Below, one piece after another: positions 37,692-49,962 of a stretch of DNA of 64,000 nucleotides; position 1 is the first letter of the stretch; the number at the start of each line of letters is the position of its first letter. Below the pieces are notes generated by a model, which saw only the letters and a list, made by a program, of their open reading frames with translations, ran no database searches and had not been told where the DNA came from. The position numbers and the translations under genes are program-made. The DNA comes from Carcharhinus amblyrhynchos (Eukaryota): positions 106,392,001 to 106,456,000 of the forward strand of contig OZ336873.1 in the NCBI GenBank assembly GCA_965287045.1. Reading direction: 5' to 3'.

Positions 37692-40370
37692 AAAAGAACA
37701 AAGAACAAAGAACAACCCAGCACAGGAAACAGGCCCTTCGGCCCAATGAGCCCACGCCGCCGCATCCTCCTACACCTATTCTACACTGCGTGTCTACGAA
37801 TGGAACCCCTAACTTAGCCAGATTCAGGGGAGAATAGTGTCAATTTGGTAAACCAATCAGCCTAAGAGTACATCTTTGGGGTGTGGGAGGAAACCGGAGC
37901 GCCCGGAGGAAACCCATGCAACCACAGGGAGAATGCGCAAACTCCCACAGACACAGGCCCAAATCCATGTATCTGCACAGCTAGCAGTGCTAGTCACTGA
38001 GCTGTTGCGGCACCCGTCTACCAGTCCAGGATCAAGCACACACACCGACACGAAGTACTAGGCCACTCCTGGAACCTCCAAGAGCAGCCCACGCATGACC
38101 CACCGTGTGCATGCCCCTTGTTTGACAACAAGGTGGACCTCCACCTGTGGAATAAAAGACAAAAACGTTAACATACAAGTCTGCACTTCCGGTGTCTCCC
38201 GAGGCTCTGACCTTATTTAATACCCCCTACTATAACCCTCCATCCTCGTTTCGCTCATGTGTCTGTCTAAGTGAACCTTAAACGAGTCCAACGTTCCTGC
38301 CTCCACCACCCTACACACCATACCCCCACGACCCTCTGCGTGAAGAACCTTCCTCTCACATCCAAATTATACCTCTCCCCCCTCACCCTCAGATCATGAC
38401 CTCTCGTAATTGTACTCAGGCTAGGGAGCAGTGTCTCACTATTGACTCTATCTATTCCCTTCAGTATCTTATATACCTCTATCATGTCCCCCCTCAATCT
38501 CCGTCTTTCCAAGGAGAAAAGTCCCAGTTTCTCCAACCTTTCCTCGTAACCCAGTCCCTCCATGCCAGGCAACATCCTGGTAAACCTCCTCTGCACCCTC
38601 TCCAGACCCTCCACGTCCTTCTGGTAGTAAGGTGACCAGAACTGGACGCAGTACTCCAAATGCGGTCTAACCAACGTTCTGTACAACTGAAGCATTAGAC
38701 GGCAGCTCTTATACTCTATACCCCTTCCTATAAAGGCTAGCATTCCATAAGCTTTCCTCACAACCTTCTCCACTTGTGTCGCAACCTTCGTAGACTTGTG
38801 AACCTGCACTCCCAGGTCCCTCTGTATTTCTATACTCCTAATCGGTCTACCTTTTATCACGTAGCTCCTCTCTGCATTATTCCTTCCAAAATGCATCACC
38901 TCGCATTTGTCAGGATTAAATTCCATCTGCCACCTATCTGCCCAATGTACCAACTTATCTATATCCTGTTGTATCACCTGACATTCCACTTCAGTATCCG
39001 CCAACCCTGCCATCTTGGTGTCATCCGCAAACTTGCTGATCACACCACTTATGCTCTCTTCCAAGTCGTTTATGTATACTACAAAGAGGAGAGGTCCCAG
39101 TACTGAGCCCTGTGGCACACCACTGGTCACTGGCCTCCAGCCCGAAAAGGTCCCCTCAACAACTACCCTCTGTCTACTATTGCCCAGCCAGTTCTCAATC
39201 CACCTAGCTACCTGACCTCGTATCCCATGTGCCTTAACCTTTTCTACCAGCCTACCATGAGGGATTTTGTCAAAAGCCTTACTGAAATCCATATAGATGA
39301 CATCAACGGTTCTCCCATCGTCAACCGTTTTTGTCACCTCCTCAAAGAATTCTACCAGATTCGTAAGGCAAGACCTCCCCCAACAAAGCCATGATCAACG
39401 TATCCCTAATCAGATCGCAACGCTCCAAATGCTCATACATCCTACCCCGACGTATTTTTTCCATTAATTTCCCTACCACCGATGTCAAACTCACCAGTCT
39501 ATAATTTCCAGGGTTATCCCTACTACCTTTTTTAAACAGCGGTACCATACTTGCTACCCTCCAGTCTTCTGGGACCTCACCTGTATCCAAAGAAGAGACA
39601 AAGATTTGCGCCAGAGGCCCAGCAATTTCATCTTTCACCTCCCTAAGCAGCCTGGGATAAATACCAACAGGCCCCGGAGCTTTATCCATCCTTACACTAC
39701 CTAAAAGCCCTAGCACTTCATCCCTCGTAGTAGAAATTTCCTGCAACTGATCCACAGCTCCCTCCAAGACACCGCACGACACCGAACCCCTCTCCTTCAT
39801 GAACACCGACGCAAAGTATTCATTCAGGAGCTCCCCCATTCCCTCCGACTCAATACATAACTCCCCACTTTTGTCCCTAAGAGGACCAATTTTCCCTCTA
39901 ACTACTCTCTTGCTCCTAATATAGGAATAAAATGCCTTTGGATTTTCCTTAATCCTACCAGCCAAAGCCATTTCATGCCCTCTCTTCGCCCTTCTAATCC
40001 CCCTTTTTAGCTCCCTCTTACTCTCTCTATATTCCTCCAGCGCACTCTCCATACCCAGTTGTTTCGACCTAACATACGCCTCCCTCTTCTTCCTGACCAA
40101 GTCTTCGATATCCCTTGTAATCCACGGCTCTCTAATCCTACCTTTCCCATCCTTCCGCTTAACCGGAACGTACCTCTCCTGCAACATTTTCATTTTGCCC
40201 TTAAAAGCCTCCCACTTGCCAACAGTGGACTTGCCAGCTAACAGTCCCTCCCAATCAGCGTCCTGCAGCTCCCTCCTAATCCGGCTATAGCTCGCTTTTC
40301 CCCAGTTCAGCACACTCCCGTTCGGCCGGCAGTCATCCCTTTCCATTTTTATCCTAAAGTAGACAGACTT
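37692..40370 (-). mobile_element. Young 5'-truncated CR1 LINE with an unusually long, SINE-containing 3' region
   Basis: Near-intact ORF2, many CpGs retained, (aagaaca)n tail at 37692-37715. Confidence 0.93.
38250..40370 (-). pseudogene. CR1 ORF2 reverse transcriptase (frameshifted)
   Basis: ORFs 39342-40415 and 38267-39337 contain PGNYRLVSLTSVVGK, YMDFSKAFD, GVPQGSVLGPLLF and KFADD; one frameshift near 39390 and a small deletion near 38310. Confidence 0.93.
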
Positions 40371-41509
40371 GTTGTGGAAGACTATGCTTTGGGTGGCAAA
40401 CTTGTTTTTGGACACAACTTATGAAAGATCTGCTGTACACTGACTGCAAGAGCAGGGAACATCACACGTGAAAGGTCACAGACCAAATTAACTGTTGCTG
40501 CTTTGTTTGAACTGTGCACCCAGCATTGAGAAGATTGTCCACTACAATAGTGAAATTCTGAATGTGAGTTTGTAGCAACCACCCACAGGCAAAATTTAGG
40601 CATTTTGCTTCTTGTTTCTGAATACACATCAAAATGCAAGCCCTGCAAATTTGTCAAAAGCAGGAAACCTGATCAAAGTGAGAATTAGCAATATAACCTA
40701 GGTACCAACTCATTAAAAATAATTAGAACTTGGCATTAAAATGTTTCTCTTCAACCTCAATCCCCATTACAAACATTAACATTTATGCATTGCCCCAACG
40801 GGAAACATCTCTCGCTTTGAAAATTCAACATCAAATTTGCATGTCCAAAAATATCAAGCAAGCTTTAAAATATAATTTCCACAGTTATTCAGGAGATGGA
40901 CCTCCATTCCCAGTTTTGTCTTTCCTCCATTTTTGGGATTCAATCCTACTGATGGAGTCTTAAAGAATTGATTAAGCGAAAGGCCAGGCTTGAGTAATTC
41001 AATATAATTCAAGTCATGGTTATTGCTTCCATGATACAAGTTGTAGGATGTGAACCAGTTTGGTTTGAACTGCAGCACACATTCAAAGTTCATCATATTT
41101 GTTTATCCACGTTGATTTGGCAGTTTTGCTCAGAGAGGTCAAAAGGATAATGGGAAATTGGCCTGTAGCACTGGTGTATTATCAGATCCAGACATGTTGC
41201 TAGAACAAATTACTACGTATAATCTATTGGGCCAGCCTGATGACCTACTGCATTGGGAACAATCAAAGGTGTCATTACAGAAAGGAGACTCCTTACAGCT
41301 TGTCTTATTGGCTCTTCCATTGGTGTTAACAGGTGTAATAAACACATGAATGCTTACCGGTGAAAGGCTAAAGCTCAACCAACTTGAAAAGCATTGAGAT
41401 TGGTCAAGGAAAAAATATGAATAACATTCTTAATATGAAGAAGAAAGGATCCTTGATGTTGATAAGTGGGAATATAAGGAAGATACGCCAGAAGTGAAAA
41501 TGAAACTAA

Positions 41510-41910
41510 AATTATACTACAAAGCATTGTGAACGGAGCCCAGTCCATCACGCAAAGCAGCCTCCCAACCATTGACTTCATCCACACTTCTCACTGCCTC
41601 AGAAAAGCAGCCAACCTAATCAAGAACCCCACGCATCCTGGACATACACTCTTCCACCTTCTTCCATCAGGAAAAAGATACAGAAGTCTGAGATCATGTA
41701 CCAAGCAACTCAAGAACACTTTTGTCCATGCTGCCATCAGATTTTTGAATGGACCTCCCTTATATTAAGTTGATTTTTCTCTACACTCTAGCAATGATGG
41801 TGTAGCTACATTCTGCACCCTCTCCTTTCCTTTCTGTCTATGTGCTCCATGAATGGCATGCTTTGCCTGTATTGCATACAAGAAACAATTCTTTTCACTA
41901 CATCCCAATA
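41510..41910 (+). mobile_element. Rex1/Babar LINE 3' end
   Basis: LQSIVNGAQSITQSSLPTID...HPGHTLFHLLPSGKRYRSL...KNTFVHAAIRFLN followed by the 3' UTR. Confidence 0.85.
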
Positions 41911-42229
41911 GATACCACAAGGCCTCTCAGGGCAGTCGCTACATCTTGTGATAAGTACAGTGACCCATTTCCTTCCACTATCTCTCAGTTTTAGAGCTGG
42001 CGTTTAATAAGCTCACAACATATTTAAAAAAACACAATTGAGTAGAGGTTCCACACCTGTTAGGAAAGACATTCCTAATTTTCAATTTTCTCAAAACCTA
42101 AAATGACGCATTTTTCATTTTCTATTACATTCATTGTTCCTCTTCTAGAAATCTAAATCTTTGCCGCACCTCTGGCAGGAAAAGAAGATGCTTTCTCAGT
42201 TCTCATTTTCAGAAATGCATTAACAACTT

Positions 42230-42515
42230 GGGGCGGCATGGTGGCGCATTGGTTAGCACTGCCTAGGTTCAATTCCCATCTTGGGTCACTGGCTGTGTTG
42301 CGTCTGCACCTTGTCCCCATCTCTGCCCGGGTTTCCTCCTGGTGCTTCAGTCTCCTCCCGCAGTCTGAGAGAAGTGTTGTTTATGTGCATTGGTCATGCT
42401 AAATTCTTCCTTTGTTTACCTGAGTAGGCATTGGAGTGTGTCGACTAGGGGATATTCACAGTAATCTCATTGCAATGTTAATGTAAGCCTACTTGTGACA
42501 CTAATAAAATACTTA
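42230..42515 (+). mobile_element. V-type SINE, type B tail
   Basis: ggggcggcatggtggcgcattggttagc head, V-core, tail ...cttgtgacactaataaa. Confidence 0.88.
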
Positions 42516-42594
42516 AAACCTAATTAACTAATGACTTTCTCAGCTCAAAATGATAATTTGTAATTGCTTGTCAGGACATTCAATCAAGCTTGAG

Positions 42595-42992
42595 AAATAG
42601 ATAATCTTGTGCAAAGGTTGACCTCCGACTTCTGGGCAAAAATTCTTCGCTTTCTGTAAATCACATGTATGAGTTGACTCCAGATTTCTGCCCCCAAATA
42701 TTCATTTTTCATCTACTTCATGCTAATTCTGGGAGCGGGATTAATGGGAATAGTCTCTTGAGTCTTTTACACAATTACTCTCTCACTTAAACTGTCAGCA
42801 AAAGTTTACTTGGGACAGCAAGTCGCAGATGAATTCAGGACCATGGCCAGCAACCATTGCAACAGCACCAGTTCCAAAGAACTCGCATGACTTTCAAACC
42901 GTCAGAAATATTGTTAGTGCATAAGTTGATACCCGACTTTTTGCCTAAAAACTTGGTCTCAAAAACATGACTATTATATGAGTATAGATGGA
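42595..42992. mobile_element. Possible decayed Tc1/mariner (Tc2/pogo-type) non-autonomous element
   Basis: Repeated taagttga/tgagttgac motifs and end ...gactattatatgagtatagatgg resembling gacttatacgcgagtatatacggta-type termini. Confidence 0.3.
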
Positions 42993-44817
42993 ACATACCT
43001 TATGACTCACTGCAAACTGCTACATTTATACTTAGGTATTTCGATCCTCTGTCCACTGGCAGAATTGAGAATCAGGTTTCTGCTGGTTTATAAATCTGTT
43101 ACCCTCTGATTCTTGTATGAATTACCTCATATCTGTGTCCGCTGCTTTAGTGACCATTCTGCCACCAAAAACAGTGCCTTCTTATTTACCTAATCAACAT
43201 CTTAATCTCAATGGTCTGTGCCAGCAAGACAGTTTTATAAAACATAGCCTGACAATGATACATCTTCGAGCTGATCTTATATAAATATGTAGAATTGTAA
43301 GTGGTAGTGGAAAAAAATGAATCTGGGATATTACTCTCAGTTAAATTGTACTTAAGAATAGGACAAAGAAATACAGGTTTACACAAGTAGAAACTAACAG
43401 CAGGGCTAGAACCAGAAGGTTCTTTATTACCAGGAAGCCCATTTCCATTTGGAGAGATGGAAGTGTAAACCATGAATGCATTTCAATAAACAGCTAGAAG
43501 CTGCAATGGAGGTGGCCAGCAGAAAAGTACCTGCTTTCTGATGGATGAACTCAGATCAACTACATGATTTTCTGTGAATGAATACAGCTATAAATATGAA
43601 GTTATGAGAGAGTCCAGCTATAAAATATGAAGTTATAAAAGAATCCAGCTACAAATAAGGAGTCATAAGATTTTATATAGTGATTCTTATCTGATATAAA
43701 GTAAGGATTAAAATTAATAGTAGTGTCATCCTCTGGATAAAGGTTTAAAAGTTCATAAACATACCTGGGCATAATTGTATGCTTAAGGACAACAACATCT
43801 TGTGGTATTTCCTCGAACACAGGGCAATTCTGAAATTAAAAAAACAGGAATTGGCCTTAAGATTACTTCAACAAGGCATCAGTAAATTGTAAGATACCAT
43901 CATAAAAAAAATGAATCACCTTAAGGATGACCCTGACAACTTGTTAACTAAATCCTGGAAACTGGGTGTTGCAAGGAAGTGACCACTATCCCAGTATCCT
44001 TTTTGATTGAAGAATGTTGATTTTAAAAAAATGAACGATGTTATAATCTAGCTGAAACATACATATTTCGAAAACATCTGGAGCATGGTAATGTTATCTG
44101 GTAGTTAGATCAGTCCTTTGGACCCATATATATGCCTGTGAGGCCATTTTTTTCAACTCAAATATAAAATGATTATTTGAGGAGAATGCCTGATTCTGAA
44201 TAGTCTCATGCACCACAACATCCCTATCCAAACTCTCCATTCCTCTCTCCCAGCCTTTTGAGGCATCTCCCACTCTCTTCAGCCCATCACTGACAAGCAT
44301 TCCTTGAGATGGCTGAATCCATCTTCCTCTTTACATCATACTCCTCTTTTCAAGCCAGTCTTAAAATCCTTTAAAATTCATTTTGGCTTAAAAGCTGCTT
44401 CTCTTTACATTTATGCTGTTCTCTTCCAACTAACATAAAAAGATGGATCCCAGCAGAATAACCCATTAGATAAAGGGATATGTCGGGTCTAAGATGAAGT
44501 AACCCAAGGCTATCCTACAAAAATCTGTGACTCCCACAGTTGTAGAATAAAATCTTAATGGTTTTCTAATAAAACCGACTCACTGTTGAAACTCACTTTG
44601 CAGTGGGAGGTTTCTGGTTCCCAGTGTAATTTCTTGTTTATGTAAAGGTTCATTTTAAGTGGACAAAAATAGAAAAAGGTATTGTTCTACTCTATTGCCC
44701 AGAAGTCAAAGACGTAATGACCCTGCAATGTCATTGTAAAGTTATGAAACTCCTATCTGTAATGGGTAGAGTTTCCTTGCTTCTCCCAGTCCCATTAGAA
44801 CTGCATATGCTGCTAAA

Positions 44818-44969
44818 CCAGGTTAAAGTCCAACAGGACTTTAAAGTTCAAAAGTGACTCACATGATGAAGGAGCAGCACTCTGAAAGCTTGTGCTACCA
44901 AATAAACCTGATGAACTTTAACCTGCTGTTGTGAGGCTTCTTATTGTGCCCACGCCAGCATCTCCAAAT
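44818..44969 (+). mobile_element. Penelope-like element terminus with an inverted 5' piece and a mutated hammerhead
   Basis: 12-bp flanking duplication tatgctgctaaa (44806-44817, 44970-44981); CAC-ATGATGA-AGGAGCAGCACTCT-GAAAGCTTGTG; same family as 62456. Confidence 0.75.
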
Positions 44970-45269
44970 TATGCTGCTAAAGACAGGAAGGCACCAAAAA
45001 TATACAAGGTGCATCACAATTTCTATCCATTCTATTAAAGTAATGGGGATGATTACTCCTTAACAATAAGGACATCAGGAATCTTCAATGCAAAATATTC
45101 AGTGTTGTTCGTAATTTACAAAGATTTATAGCAAGATTGGGAAACATTGTTATTTCAGCCTAAAGTTTGTTTTTTCCCTGCAGAAATCACTACCTCTACA
45201 AAGTTTTCTTGTTCGTGTGGGAATGATGTTCAAACTTGATGAATAAAATTTTGCATTACACTGAGTTTC

Positions 45270-45900
45270 CTGCAGGGCTGGTGAGGGTCAGCAACAGCGC
45301 TGCTGAACCCTGGCAGGTTGTCTCATAACCATTTAATACTTGGCAGCACTCTAATTAGCTAAGGATGATTGTAGCCTTTATCTGGAGAGGAGGTCCTGTC
45401 TCCGAGGACTGCCACTCAATCAAAGCTCTGTGGTCCCAGCAGCACCATCATGGCAGTAGCCACACTGGTGACCCTTGTTGGAACTGGATTGGAAGGTTGG
45501 GAGTCAGGCTATGATGTCCAAGGAACATGGGTGAGGACCAAGTATAAAGATCAGAGGGCGGGCAAACCTGAACCATGTGGTGGGTGTCCTGGGGAATGCC
45601 TTGATGGGCATAGTGACCCTGTAAATTATGTACAACCACTTTTCTCACCAATAACCAGAGAAGTGAGAACTGCCAGGTTTCAAACCTAATGTGGCAAAAT
45701 GTGGCAGAAGCCAAAAGAAGCCTTTAAGAGAGCATTAATTGACCCTATAAGTCTCAAATGGCCCAAGAATGACACAATGCCTCCACTGCTGCATGTAAAA
45801 TTGCAGTGGGTCAAGGGCAGGTGAGTAGCTGCCAGGAACAACATCTAATATCACACCTCCAACCCAACTTGCCTTGTCAGGGACATAAAATTCTGTCCAT
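45270..45900. mobile_element. Decayed Harbinger-type element
   Basis: Ends TAAAATTCTGTCC (TIR-like); GC-richer body than its flanks. Confidence 0.45.
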
Positions 45901-47299
45901 TAACTCATGAACTGCTGAACCATGAGATCTGGCCAAAGGCTTAGTCCAGAGTATCAAACCAAAAGGGTAAGAATAATTAAATGAAGTCATGCTCTTTTAC
46001 AAAAAAAACTCCCAGGAAACTACAGTTTTCAATTTGAAGAGAATCATTAGGGCGAGTGTCCTTTATGAATACTGGTTGAAAAATAAATCACGTTTTTGAC
46101 TCTAGCTCCTTTGAAAATACATATATGGTAAGTCCCAGTGTATTACAAGAGGGAAAAAGGATGCACAGCTTTTCCCCTTGCAATAACCACTCTTAATATA
46201 GCCTGCTCTGAATCAGAACCATCACTATACTAGCATATATAGGGATAACAAAGAAATTTGACATGAAGGTATGCAAATATTACGTACAAAAAGCCATGTC
46301 CACACGAAAAGACTTGCTCCATATTTTTAGACTTCTGTCTGATTTTAGATACAAAGTCATTGACAGTAAAACTGAGAAAGGCAAGTAATACTAAACACAC
46401 ATGTTAGTTAAGAATTCAAAACACAAACAACCAATGTCATTTTTAGCAATTTAGAATATTGAGTCATTGTGCTAACTAGATGTAATCTAAATATGCAAAT
46501 GCTATCAAATTGAAAATACCATTGCCATCACAGAGAGAGCTGCCAAGTCCTGGCTTAATGGAATGTGGAGAGTATTATTCATGATGCTATTAAAGATAAC
46601 AGGTGAATAAATTATAATAATTAGACACAATTTGCATATACAAATTAGGTTAATTAAAAATCATACTTTCCATTATGACTCAAAAAAACCACAGACTATC
46701 ATCATGAATCTGGAAGCATGTTTTGTTCTATTATAAATATTATAATGATGAAGTACACTAATTAGAGCTAATTTACTTCCATAAATTCAATCAAATAGAA
46801 AATAGACTTTCCCCTATAGCAGATAAACCACACGAGCTATCATTATGAACCTCTGAGTATATGTTTAACCATTTAAAATAATGTTTAAACACTTGAAGTG
46901 AATCAACCCCAATTTTCATATGCACATTGGTATTAATTAGAAAATTGACATATCTCTGCAATTCTAGAATAAATAAATCGGCGTCTATTTTTTCTTCATA
47001 TTTTACCATATAACACAATTAAGTAATGCCTTACTGCAGAACATTAAGTCCTCTTGTCACAAATCATGAAGGGTAGCATTTTGATACCTTTGGAGGTTGT
47101 AGCCTATGTATTAGTCTATGAAGGATAAGATCACCCCCAGATGCCACCCTGCTGATTAAGGCCCCAAAATGGCAAGAGTGCAAACATATCTATGTCTGGA
47201 AATATGCCATTCACCATATTGGAAAGTACAAAAAAAAGGTATCCTCTACCCATGCCCAAAGATGATATTAGGTCTTAGGTACATGTCTTTTCATTATTC

Positions 47300-47590
47300 C
47301 TTCTCAAACGTTGGTAATCTTGGAAGCAGCCATTGCCATTATTTGCTGAAGTCAGAGAAACCAAACTGATTATTGCCAAACAAGCTGGCAAGTAACCTAC
47401 CTGATTATAAAGCTGGAGTACTTCTCCCAAACCTGTAAAACAGGGATCATTCCCCATTACAACTCACTGGAGGAGGAGGCTCCATAAGTGTACCTGTCTT
47501 GAAAGATGGAGGAGCCTTCTCAAGGGAAATGGAGATAAACAATAAATTCTTGCCTAGCCAATTACACCCACATCCAATAAATGGATTAAA
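47300..47590 (+). mobile_element. Deleted CR1/L2-clade LINE fragment
   Basis: actcactggaggaggaggctcc joined to the 3' tail ccttctcaaggg...caataaattcttgcctagcc. Confidence 0.55.
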
Positions 47591-47896
47591 GAATACTCAG
47601 AAGTTCTGGTAACGTCTATGGAGTGAAAAACAGAGTTAAAGTTTTAAGTACAATATAGCTCTCCTTTGGAACTGACAAGAGATAGAGGTATGATGGCTTT
47701 TTTGCTGTTGAGAAAACTGTCATTATGAGTACCCACACAGACCCTAGTTATTATACCTGTTTTATGGTGGAGTATGTGGAGTATCCCTTTTTTCTAGACT
47801 TACTCAGGCTCCCTCCTCTAACTATATTTCTTTTCCATTTATGATGGCATCAGTGCCATTTCTACTCTTGTTATAATAATAAAACTAAACAGTTTT

Positions 47897-48069
47897 GGGC
47901 AAGATTCTTTGACAGCGGGAAGCAGCATGTCATTAGTTGATAGCAGGACCTTCAGTTCCCTCCACCATCAATGGAAAATCCCACTGAAGCCATCCATGCC
48001 GTTGGGAAAATCGCGGCAGTGGTGGAAACAGAGAATCATGCCAGCATGAACGGCTGAAAAATTCTGACC
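47897..48069. mobile_element. Harbinger-type MITE
   Basis: GGGCAAGATTCT ... AAAATTCTGACC. Confidence 0.65.
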
Positions 48070-49149
48070 TCTGTTCCCAATTTCCTTATTCGCTCACCTT
48101 CAAATTGCCCATCTCCACAACGTCTCTTCCTTTCCTTGGCTTCTCTGTCTGCAGGCAAGTCTTCCTCTTTCCTCAACTGAAGAAACCACCTCATGCCATT
48201 TTTGTTGACAGAGCCCTCAACCATGCGATCCTAATTCCCATCTGAGAACCAGTAAGCTGCTGGAACTGTAGGAACAAGATTCAGGCCTACTGGCAACCAG
48301 GATGGATCTGCCACCCACTAGTAATCTGTTGCTAGTTATAACTGTGCCCTCCCCCTCCAACCTTTTCAAAATGTGGTGCACTGGCATACCAGTTGACAAT
48401 GCAGTAGGGTTGCATAAACAAACAGTTGATTTGTTTCTGTTGGTTTTACAAATTGAACTGGAGAACTGCATAAAAGGAATCCCATAGGTTCCCTTTGCTG
48501 GGGGCTTCACCCTGTTGGAAAGGGATTGCTTGACGTAAACAGTGCAGCATGCAATCCTCCTGATTCTGTGATTTGTATTGCTTTTAGCAGAACTCATCCT
48601 TCCTTTCAGCAGTCTTCTGTCATGAATATTATTGAAAACAATTATTTCCTTAAGGACAGCCTTGAACTGTGTGAAACCAGCAGTGTTATATTGGAATACA
48701 TAGGGAAAACTGAATATTTCTTGAGGAATCCGTGAATAAAATATTTTGCAATTCCCCCATTATGCTGAAGGTTTTCAGACATGTGAATAGAAATTGTGAA
48801 ATACCAATTGTTTTCTGCCTCCCTATATTACTTTTCCCTGTTGTTAACTGGAGTAATTAAGCATTATTAATTAGGCATTACTGCTCAATAAATGCATTCT
48901 CCACCCAGATTGCACATTTTTTTCATTTTTACTGTTCAAATTTCTCACTGTCATATCTTACATCATAGCCCAAATTTTGATGTGGGAAAGATTCTTTTTT
49001 AACTGTCTATCAAAATAAAGCAACTTGGCATAAAAATAGATTCATTCTAAGGATGGAATATATTTGCTATATGTGTTGTATAGATTTTTCTTAGGGTTTC
49101 CCTAACAAGCCCCATATAGCAATCAGCTATGCACAGTGATTAGCTTTGG

Positions 49150-49515
49150 TAACCAGACTACCAATGCCAAGTTTTCAACCTTCTGTTCAAACCCTTCTGA
49201 GGCCTCATCTTCTCCCAATCTCTGCAATATTGCCCAGCCTAGGATTTTCCAAATGCTCTGCTTTTCACCAATGCTCTTGACATCTTGTACATTTGCTGCA
49301 TCATTGGCAAATGGATCTTAGCTGTCTGGCCCTGAGCTCCAAAAGCTCCCCCATAGAGCTTTCCATTTGGCCCCATTCAGAGTTTCTTTAAAACCTGCCT
49401 ATTGGCCAAGCTTTTCAGAACTTGTCTTAATATCTCTTTCCATGGTTTAATGTCTGTAGTTGCCTTGGTCTTGTGAGGAATTTCAGAGTGTTAAAGATGC
49501 TATATAAATGCAGTG
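49150..49515 (+). mobile_element. L2 LINE 3' end, decayed
   Basis: ctttaaaacctgcctattggccaagctttt and terminal gttaaagatgctatataaatgca. Confidence 0.65.
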
Positions 49516-49962
49516 AAATTTAAAGTTTGTTGAAGAATAATGGAATTACTAGATTTATTGAAGAATAACTGATATCAATTAGACATGACAGGAAGCATTT
49601 CTTGGAATAGCAGATATAACTTTGCAGTCCTTCGAGAAGCCACTATATTCCGTGATGGAGAGTCCGAAGTTTATTAGAAGATTAAACTATGCAAATAATC
49701 ATCAGCACTACTTTTGTCACTGATTAAAATTATGTATGTCTTTATTCTGTAAATGCCAAAAGTGTCCAATGTTGCAGTTAGATAGTAAATTAATGCCCAA
49801 TTTATGGGCCTAATGGAACCAATGAAATGTTAAGCCCCATAAAGATTGAAGCTTCATAAATCCCAAATATTGTAGTATTAATAGTAGGTCAATTGGTTTT
49901 CTCAATGCTTTCTTCCTATTGATCTAGTCTGTAGTGCCTTACTGAAAATTCACATGTCATGC

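Noticed and set aside
38267-40415. Active retrotransposon or host RT gene
   Set aside because: 5'-truncated (no endonuclease or ORF1) and frameshifted; the first residues of the listed ORF are probably flanking DNA.
47780-48235. Penelope RT remnant (VDRALN-like peptide) and ancient CR1 traces at 19140-19480, 22840-23420 and 43200-43600
   Set aside because: Too degraded to bound or assign reliably by eye.
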